Shown here one piece after another: positions 57,282 to 64,000 of a DNA stretch of 64,000 bases (within the stretch, counting starts at the first letter, position 1; each line of letters starts with the position of its first letter). Made by a program: the position numbers and the translations under genes. The notes under the pieces are model-generated. The model saw only the letters and a program-made list of their open reading frames with translations, did not search any database and was not told the DNA's origin. Origin of the DNA: an uncultured delta proteobacterium. GTDB taxonomy: Bacteria > Myxococcota_A > Polyangia > Polyangiales > Polyangiaceae. The stretch spans positions 3,584,001 through 3,648,000 of the forward strand of contig CAWDXG010000004.1 of the NCBI GenBank assembly GCA_963806225.1, written 5' to 3'.

Positions 57282-57327
57282 GGACTTCGAATCCGCAGGT
57301 CGCCCGTTCGAATCGGGCGGGGCGCGC
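57282..57327 (+). repeat. attR-like duplication of the tRNA-Arg 3' half
   Basis: Exact 46-bp copy of 50542-50587. The upstream sequence does not form a tRNA 5' half. Confidence 0.92.
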
Positions 57328-57334
57328 TCCTGGC

Positions 57335-57652
57335 CTAATCCCAGGCCTTGCGGCCTTCCAGGCGGCTGCGGACCGCTTCGAGGTGCACCACTCGCCCGCG
57401 CTTGACGATGCGGGCCAGTGACTCGTCGGTGCGCCGCACCGCCGACGACACCACCTCCAGCCCCTCGCGCAGGAGCTCCGCCTCGGCTGGGTTCGGGTCG
57501 CGCTTTTCCGCCTCCACGACCTGCTTGAACTCGTCGAGCATCGACCCGACCACCTCGCGCCAACCCTGCGGCATCTGCTCGTCGGGCAGGTTCCGGCGGA
57601 GCTCCGCCACCCGCTGCTCCAGGCGGTCCAGCTCGACATGGACGTCCCGCAT
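57335..57652 (-). CDS. Hypothetical helical protein (105 aa)
   Basis: MRDVHVELDRLEQRVAELRRNLP with amphipathic helices and GC-rich third positions. Confidence 0.6.
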   Translation of the reverse strand: MRDVHVELDRLEQRVAELRRNLPDEQMPQGWREVVGSMLDEFKQVVEAEKRDPNPAEAELLREGLEVVSSAVRRTDESLARIVKRGRVVHLEAVRSRLEGRKAWD

Positions 57653-57821
57653 CAGGACCCCGGCATCCCAAAAAATCGCGCCGAGGACAAGTCTCGCCCC
57701 AATCGAGCCGTTGACCCGCGATAACCCGGGCCGCGGGGTCGCTCCGAGGGACTTGACCTCCACGACCGCCATGGTAATAGCGGCGGTCCGCGCAGCGTGT
57801 CTCGTGAGGGCGCGCGTGCCG

Positions 57822-57894
57822 GGGCCATTAGCTCAATTGGTAGAGCAGCGGACTCTTAATCCGTTGGCTGAAGGTTCAAGTCCTTCATGGCCCA
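57822..57894 (+). tRNA. tRNA-Lys(CTT)
   Basis: Acceptor stem GGGCCAT/ATGGCCC, D-arm GCTC/GAGC, loop CT-CTT-AA, T-arm GAAGG-TTCAAGT-CCTTC. Confidence 0.95.
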
Positions 57895-57933
57895 CCGAGA
57901 TCGTTGGCGAAAGTGGCGGCGCGTAGAAGGCCG

Positions 57934-57972
57934 CCGAGACAACCGAGACAGCAACCGAGACAGTTGTCTCGG
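57934..57972. repeat. CCGAGACA x3 plus one inverted copy downstream of tRNA-Lys
   Basis: Direct copies at 57934, 57943 and 57955; inverted TGTCTCGG at 57965. Confidence 0.65.
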
Positions 57973-58219
57973 CGTCGCTTGGTCGCCCCGGCGGCCCCGC
58001 TGCCCGGCTACAGCTTGACCTGTCGTGGCTACTTCTCGCGTCCGCCGCAGAATCGGGAATCCGCCACGCACAAGACTTGAACGGCGCGGCTCGATCGGGC
58101 ACATCGCGCTCGTGCTCGACGGCTTGATTCATCGCTTTCGCGACGTGGCGCGCGAGGCAGCCGGACGCGCGTGGCAGCGGCTGTGTGGAGCGGTGCGCGG
58201 CCGAGCCCCGACAGCGCCG

Positions 58220-58623
58220 TCATGGTGCCGACGAGAGGACGTCGACCTGAACCTCCGTGCACCGCGCGAGCGAAGCGTCGCCCGTGAGGAGACGTCGACA
58301 CACGCGTCGAGCGCCGTCGCGAGGTGGATCGCGTCGGGCGTTCGGAATCCGTAGCGGGCGCGGAGCTCGGTCGCGCGCTCGATGACCGCCGCCGTCACGT
58401 CGACGACGCGCGCGGTCGCGAACGTCGCCTCGTAGCGTGCGAGGAGCGTCGTGTCACCGGCGCGCATCGGTTTCGAGCGGCACTCGAGGCGCGAGATGCG
58501 CGACGTAACGTGTCCACTCGACTCCGGCAGCGCCCCGAGCCGCGACGCGATGGCAGCGCGCCACTCCGGAGCGCCTTCGTTCATGTAGATGATGCAGCAC
58601 GCGTCGAGGTAGGCCTCAGGCAC
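58220..58623 (-). pseudogene. vapC: PIN-domain (VapC-like) toxin with a 1-nt deletion at ~58290
   Basis: AYLDAC, SRLEC, TPDAIHLATA. Restoring one T gives DVFLTGDASLARC, supplying the fourth acidic residue, and a stop at 58220. Confidence 0.82.
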
Positions 58624-58849
58624 GATCCCAGCTCGCGCGCTCCTCGGCGATCTGCCGATCGATATCTTCCTTCGAGCGCGTCCCCGGCGGGAAGGTCGCG
58701 ATGAGCGCGAGCATGTCGGCGACCGTCGGGTGCGGTGCCTGGACGGGGCGCACGACGACCTCGACCTCGCCCTCGAGCTGATCCACAGGTTCGTCTAGAT
58801 CGATGCGCCGCCCGTGAATCCGACCGCGCACGACCACACCGCGTTCCAT
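58616..58849 (-). CDS. Putative antitoxin (77 aa)
   Basis: Directly upstream of the PIN gene and overlapping it by 8 nt. Beta-rich N-terminus (VVVRGRIHG..GEVEVVVRP) and a C-terminal EDIDRQIAEERASWD. Confidence 0.78.
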   Translation of the reverse strand: MERGVVVRGRIHGRRIDLDEPVDQLEGEVEVVVRPVQAPHPTVADMLALIATFPPGTRSKEDIDRQIAEERASWDRA

Positions 58850-58910
58850 GCTTTGAACATAGCTCCTTGGCGGTGTTACGTGCAGCGGTCGAGCGGCTCG
58901 GCCCGTTCTC

Positions 58911-59945
58911 TGTACTGGCCACTAGCCATCGCCGAGAACATGCTCGTGCGCTACCAGCTCGTCGTCGCGGCACGGCGGGTGAGGAAGCCGAGGTTCACGG
59001 CCCACGAGCGCGGGCTTCTCGTGGCGCTCGCCCATTTCGTGCCGCGGTGGCGCGACGCCGTGCTGCTCGTGAAGCCAGAGACCATCCTGCGCTGGCACCG
59101 GGCAGGCTTCAGGCTGTTCTGGCGGGGGAAGTCCAGGGTACGCGCGCGTGGCATGTCGACCCGACGCACGCCGCCGGAGACGGTCGAGCTCATCCGGAGG
59201 CTGGCCCAAGAGAACCCGCTCTGGGGCGCCGAACGGATCCGCGGCGAGTTGCTCAAGCTCGGCGTCCACGTGGCGAAGCGCACCGTCCAGAAGTACATGC
59301 GCCAGGCACGCGGGCCGCGCCCGTGGGGGCAGAGCTGGTCGACGTTCCTCGAAAACCACCTGCACCAGATCTGGGTCTGCGACTTCCTGCAACTGTACGA
59401 CAGCTGGTTCAGGCCCATCTTTGCGTTCTTCATCGTCGATGTCGGCTCGCGGAGGGTCGTGCACGTAGGCGTGACGCGCAGTCCCAGCGCGACATGGGTC
59501 GCCCAGCAGCTCCCGAGCGCCACGCCGTTCGCCGCCGGGCCGCGGTTCATCATCCGCGACAACGACGACAAGTTCGGGCCCGACTTCGAAAGAGCAGCGG
59601 GGCAGCGGGCGTGCGGGTCCTCCGCACCGCGGTGAAGGCCCCGCGCATGAACTCCTTCTGCGAGCGGTTCCTCGGCAGCGTGCGGCCGGAATGCCTGGAC
59701 CATCTCATCGTGCTTGGCGAAGCGCACCTGCATCGCGTGCTGGGCGAGTATTGCTTCGCGTACTTCAACCGCGCGCGGCCTCATCAGGGCATCGGACAGC
59801 TTGTCCCGATCGGTTCGTCATCAGCAGGCGCAGGAAGCGGGGCGGCCACTGGGCGCACTATTCTGAACGGGCTTCATCACGACTACCGGCGAGCGGCGTG
59901 ACGCCAGGGCTTCCATGACTGCGGATGATTCAGGTAGCCGGAACA
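58911..59945 (+). mobile_element. Degenerate IS with an rve/DDE integrase-core transposase (5'-truncated, frameshift at ~59600)
   Basis: VKPETILRWHR, NPLWGAERIRGELLKLG, WVCDF, IRDNDDKF in one frame; APRMNSFCERFLGSVRPECLD, NRARPHQG, GLHHDYRRAA in another (stop 59901). TGT...ACA ends. Confidence 0.82.
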
Positions 59946-60333
59946 AGGGTGACCACAAGGAAGGCTGATGGCACCCATCGCGAGATGACCAGCACTGCTA
60001 GTATCGTGGGCCCGGTGCGGGCCTTTCGGCGATGTGCGCGTGGTCGGACGCGTACGGCGCCAGGGTAGGCAACCTGTGAGCCCTCGACACGCGCTCCCGT
60101 ACTCACGTAAGAGCCCGCGTGGCCCGCGCACCTACGTCCGCCACGCCCACTTGCACCAGGTCGAGCAGCGCGCCGAGCTGCGCGGACGAACAATTGCGCT
60201 CGGTGCGGTGGAGTAGATGCAAGCGCAATTGCGCTCGCCGAGCGTCATCGCACGCTGTGCGGCATCGCCGCCCCCCGGGCATCCCGCGATTGGAGGGGAC
60301 TGCGGGCCCCTGGGGCCCACGCGGGGAGGCACC

Positions 60334-62718
60334 CTACCGCGACAACTTCAGTGTCACCGTGTAGCCGTCGTCCTTCGACGTGACCGAGGCCGTGCTGTTC
60401 GAGGCGTCGTAGTCGAAAATCGGCGTATGGTCCTCGCTGGCGCGCGTGGTGTCGCTGATGGTCTGCGGCGTGCCGGACCCGTCGACCTTGCACAAGCCTC
60501 CCCCGGGGCTCTTCCTCGAGCCGTAGAGCCAGCGCTGGCCGCACTTGAGTGTTGCGGTGCAGACCGACGCTTTCGCCTCGCTGTTGCCGAACGCCACATC
60601 CAGCGAGCAACTCGCGCCGGTCTTCACCGGGGCGCCCGGCGTAGCGCCGGTCACGGTAGCGGTCCACTTCACGTGCGGGGCGCTCTTCGGCGTGTCGAAT
60701 ATGGGCTCCCCCGCGCGAGGCAGACTGGCCGCCGGAAGCTTCATCTCGACGCGCATCATCGGCGGCACGTTGCTGAACACCACGCCCTGCCCGACGAACG
60801 TGTCGATGCTCACCTGCGGCCGGCCGGTGAATTGCCCGGTAATGGAATACTTGAACGCGTACGTGAAGGACCCCGGCGCGTTGTCGGCGGGCGCCTCGGC
60901 GACGTGGTAGTTGATGGACATCATACCGTTGGCGCGCATGTGCGAGTCGTAGATCGACTGCGTGCCGCAGCGGATCGCGAGCGAACGCACCCTCGGACCC
61001 TGGACCTGGGCGTTGATGTGGCACTTCTGGCCCGGACGGACCTGTACACCGCTGGCCTTGGTGACCCTGCCCTGCCACTCCACCGCGATCGTCGGCCCGC
61101 TGGAGCCTTTCAACTTGTCTTGCAGGGCACGGGTGCGCGCCTTCAACTGCGCCTGATGGGCCGCCAAGGTGCTCGTCGCGATGGCCGACGAGTGGGAGTG
61201 GGAGGACGAGGAATCGTGGGAGCTGGACATCGCGAAGAACACGCCCGCGCCGACCGCCACCATGCCTATCCCCATCATCATGCTCACCATGGCGCCCGAG
61301 TTTCCCGACCGCTTCGTCGCGCTGTAGGGCTGGTAGCCGGCGCCGGCGGAAACCCCGGAAGACGGCGACGCGCTCGGCGACGAAGACGATCCCATCAACT
61401 GCTGGAAAGCCGCGTCCGGGTCGCTCGCGTGCCGGTTGCCCGAAGCACCGGCTTTGTTCGTGAGCTCCTTGCGCATTTCGGACACGCCGGTGAAGTACAG
61501 CCACCAGCGCAGCTGCTGGGGGGTTTCCTGACCGAGCCCCCTGAGCGTGTGCGAGGGAATGCGGACGGCGATCTCGCAGAACTTGCAGCGGATCACCGTG
61601 CTCTTGCCGTCGAAATCGAGCGGCGCGCTGCAGTTCGGGCAGCGGATTGCCACTGCACCGCTGGCGTCCTGCTGCACGTCGGCGTGACGACCGCCCTTCT
61701 CGTGGTCCATCGCGACGACGCCCGAAAGCGCGCTCAGGCTGTCCGGAATACCGTTTGGTCTGAGGTAGGTCCGCGTGTCGGCGCAGGCGGGGCACTGCAG
61801 TGTCAGCTCGCCGCCCGCGCACGCCGTGACGCGGCGCGGCTGCTTGCACTTTTCGCAGAGCGGATGGCCGGGCATGGCGCGCACCTTCAGCGAGTGCTGG
61901 CGCATGCCGGACCCGTCGATGATCATCCCGCGCTGCTGGTGGTCGGCGAAGGTCTTGTCGACGCCGATCGGCTTGAACATGTTCTCGTCCGCGATCGACG
62001 CCCCCGGCAGCGGGAAGCGCCCTTCCGGGGCGGGGCCCGCCAGATCGCCAACGGCGTGCGCGAGCGCCAGACTCTCCCACCACTGATCGCTATCGAAACG
62101 CTGCTCGGTCCCGCAACGCAGGCACTGCACGTCGCCGTCGTTGTCGAGGTAGTTCAGCGGCGAGACGTGCCCGCATGCGCTGCACGTGAACCCGCACTCG
62201 ACGCCTACCCAGAAGCCGTCAGCGCCGTCGCGCGCGACGAGTTGCTGCGCGAGGCTGGCGTCGCAGACGGCGCAGGTGGTGCGCTGCGAAGGGGCGATCG
62301 CGCCGCAGCTCGGGCAAAGCGGAATCGGCGGACCGTGCTCGGGCACGAGCGGCGGGGCGACGTGCTGGGCAGGCGGCTGGGCCCCCGGCATCGCAGCAGC
62401 CGCTGCGCCCGCGGCAAACGCACCGACGCCGGCCTGCCACGGAGGCGCCGCCGCGGGTGCGCCGGGCATCGCACCGCCCTGCCATCCCGGCTGGGGCGCG
62501 CCCGGCGGCATCATGCCGGGTGCAGCGGGCGGCGGCGCGACCGGCGCAGCCTGTGCCGGGGCGACGGGTGGAGCCTGGGGCTGCGCGGGCGCCGCCCCGC
62601 TGTTCTGGTCCATCAACACCGTGCCACCGAACCCGCGCGGCGCCGTCTGCCCGCACTGCGGACAGAACCCCGCCGCCTGCGGTATCGAGGCGCCACACCC
62701 CACGCAGAACCGAGTCAT
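60334..62718 (-). CDS. Multi-zinc-ribbon bitopic membrane protein
   Basis: ATG 62718 (MTRFCVGCG). Ten CxxC pairs, a Pro-rich linker, one TM, and a Cys-containing beta-rich external domain. Confidence 0.8.
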   Translation of the reverse strand: MTRFCVGCGASIPQAAGFCPQCGQTAPRGFGGTVLMDQNSGAAPAQPQAPPVAPAQAAPVAPPPAAPGMMPPGAPQPGWQGGAMPGAPAAAPPWQAGVGAFAAGAAAAAMPGAQPPAQHVAPPLVPEHGPPIPLCPSCGAIAPSQRTTCAVCDASLAQQLVARDGADGFWVGVECGFTCSACGHVSPLNYLDNDGDVQCLRCGTEQRFDSDQWWESLALAHAVGDLAGPAPEGRFPLPGASIADENMFKPIGVDKTFADHQQRGMIIDGSGMRQHSLKVRAMPGHPLCEKCKQPRRVTACAGGELTLQCPACADTRTYLRPNGIPDSLSALSGVVAMDHEKGGRHADVQQDASGAVAIRCPNCSAPLDFDGKSTVIRCKFCEIAVRIPSHTLRGLGQETPQQLRWWLYFTGVSEMRKELTNKAGASGNRHASDPDAAFQQLMGSSSSPSASPSSGVSAGAGYQPYSATKRSGNSGAMVSMMMGIGMVAVGAGVFFAMSSSHDSSSSHSHSSAIATSTLAAHQAQLKARTRALQDKLKGSSGPTIAVEWQGRVTKASGVQVRPGQKCHINAQVQGPRVRSLAIRCGTQSIYDSHMRANGMMSINYHVAEAPADNAPGSFTYAFKYSITGQFTGRPQVSIDTFVGQGVVFSNVPPMMRVEMKLPAASLPRAGEPIFDTPKSAPHVKWTATVTGATPGAPVKTGASCSLDVAFGNSEAKASVCTATLKCGQRWLYGSRKSPGGGLCKVDGSGTPQTISDTTRASEDHTPIFDYDASNSTASVTSKDDGYTVTLKLSR

Positions 62719-62810
62719 ATGCGCCGAGCCTAACGCGGAGCGGCTCACACGTCCCCATCGGAATGCCGCATCCGGTTTCCGCGCTGCTCCGGCCGCGATA
62801 TGACGGGTGC

Positions 62811-63230
62811 GTGTCTCGCTTCGTACTGGTCGCCCTGGTCGCGCTCGCGAGCTGCAGCCGCAACAGCCCTGCCGGCGGCACTGCCGCGCCGGCAGCCACT
62901 GCAAAATCTCTTGCCTCTACAAATGCGAGCGCAGCGCCGCCTCCCCGGGCTGCGCCCGCGGACCCGGAGTGTCAGCGCATCGTGCAGGCACTGAAGACCG
63001 AGCTTGCGAAGCTCCCCTCGGCGTGCACGGCCGACAAGGACTGCACCTGCTATTCCGGCGGCGTCTCGGGCGTCACCGGCTGCGGCGGCGTCAGCGACGT
63101 GGCAGCGGCTCGCCGCATCGCCACGCTGACGCGGGAGTTCACGAAGAGCCGTTGCGACAACCGCGTCAACTGCGCCGCCCAACTCTGCCGGGCTGCATGC
63201 GTCGATGGCCGCTGCAAGGCCGGCCGCTAG
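62811..63230 (+). CDS. Small Cys-rich lipoprotein
   Basis: GTG start, MSRFVLVALVALASC lipobox, CTADKDCTC...CVDGRC. Confidence 0.72.
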   Translation: MSRFVLVALVALASCSRNSPAGGTAAPAATAKSLASTNASAAPPPRAAPADPECQRIVQALKTELAKLPSACTADKDCTCYSGGVSGVTGCGGVSDVAAARRIATLTREFTKSRCDNRVNCAAQLCRAACVDGRCKAGR

Positions 63231-63324
63231 CTACCAGGCGTGGGCATCCGGCGCCTCGCCGCCCGGCCCAGCCGCGTTGCGTGCCCGCCGGAAACTTGAC
63301 GTGAACTGACGGCGGCGCGGCGGG

Positions 63325-64000
63325 TCAGGACGAGCGCCTACGCAGCCGACGGCTTCGTCGGCGCTGCAGCAGGATCCCTCCGGCAACGACGAACAGGGCC
63401 CAAGAACCGGAAAAGGGTTCGGGCTTCTGTCCGGCAGCTCGGCAGCTGCATCCACCGTTGGCGGACGGTTTGGGGTTCGAACTCTTCTTGCAGGTCCTCG
63501 TCGAAGTGTCGCACACGTATCCGGAGACGCACTCGTCGCTGGTGCGGCAGACCTCGTAACATGCCCCGCTCGTCTTGTTGCACAGGTACGGGGCGCACTC
63601 GATCGTGCCGTCGGCGCCGATCGACGTCATGTTGTCATTCGAGCACTTCGCTCCCCCCGTCGGCGTGCATCCGCCGCTGGCGCACCGATAGCCCGGCTCA
63701 CAATCTGTGTCGCCCGAGCAACTCAGCAGGCAGCTTCCGTTGCTGCTGCATACGAATGGGCTGCAAGGACGTGGCGTCCCCGGGACGCATTGGCCGTTCT
63801 GGCAGGCGCTCACGGTTTCTTGCCCGCCCACGCAAGTGGAGCCACAAGCTGTTCCGGTGCCGGGGTATGTGCACGCAGCGCTGCTCCCGTCGCAGTATCC
63901 GGCACAGACGCCGGTGCCGTTGCACTTGCCGTGGCCGCTTTCCGGCGCGGTGGCGATAACGGTGCACGTCCCGTTATGCGATGGCACATCGCAAGCTTCG
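63325..64000 (-). CDS. Cys-rich surface protein with MYXO-CTERM sorting tail (5' end outside the window)
   Basis: C-terminus GGCSCR...WALFVVAGGILLQRRRSRR (Cys motif, TM, Arg cluster). Repeated CSPFVC/CAPYLC...DC units. Confidence 0.85.
   Translation of the reverse strand, partial: EACDVPSHNGTCTVIATAPESGHGKCNGTGVCAGYCDGSSAACTYPGTGTACGSTCVGGQETVSACQNGQCVPGTPRPCSPFVCSSNGSCLLSCSGDTDCEPGYRCASGGCTPTGGAKCSNDNMTSIGADGTIECAPYLCNKTSGACYEVCRTSDECVSGYVCDTSTRTCKKSSNPKPSANGGCSCRAAGQKPEPFSGSWALFVVAGGILLQRRRSRRLRRRSS

Larger units (their letters stand above)
50542..57327. mobile_element. 6.74-kb genomic island integrated in tRNA-Arg(TCG), no integrase seen
   Basis: Identical 46-bp direct repeats GGACTTCGAATCCGCAGGTCGCCCGTTCGAATCGGGCGGGGCGCGC at 50542-50587 and 57282-57327. 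Confidence 0.88.

Noticed and set aside
57282..57327. Second tRNA-Arg gene
   Set aside because: Only the 3' half is present, with no acceptor 5' strand or D-arm. It is the att duplication.
50614..57972. CRISPR array
   Set aside because: The repeats are 8-mers with 1-4-nt gaps or a single 46-bp pair. There is no repeat-spacer periodicity and no cas gene.

Overview
This is a very GC-rich bacterial window that looks like Myxococcota (Polyangiales-like), judged from a MYXO-CTERM tail, PEGA/Ser-Thr kinase/FGE-domain genes and many Cys-rich lipoproteins. Bases 1-50400 are mostly a cell-envelope glycosylation region. It holds six polytopic GT-C-like glycosyltransferases, two polyprenyl-phosphate-type GT2 enzymes, a dispersed but apparently complete GDP-heptose route (transaldolase, gmhA-like, hddA, gmhB, hddC), sugar reductases and methyltransferases, and a Thr-nucleophile sulfatase-fold protein. 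Embedded in it are three further elements: a translationally coupled fatty-acyl tailoring operon (FabF-like KS, FAAL, extended SDR, ACP, B12 radical SAM, acyl-CoA dehydrogenase); a Cys-rich lipoprotein / 2x FGE-domain / TPR-PEGA / Ser-Thr kinase operon; and an unannotated intergenic unit with a sigma54 promoter, a structured ~105-nt RNA and a terminator with a C8 loop, reminiscent of myxobacterial Pxr. Bases 50500-60000 are accessory DNA: tRNA-Arg(TCG) with a 6.74-kb island bounded by a 46-bp att repeat and no integrase, then tRNA-Lys(CTT), a PIN toxin-antitoxin pair and a broken rve transposase. Several genes carry single-base frameshifts that may be assembly errors, and two of these create false fusion ORFs in the supplied track. 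All functional calls come from motifs read by eye; no database searches were run.
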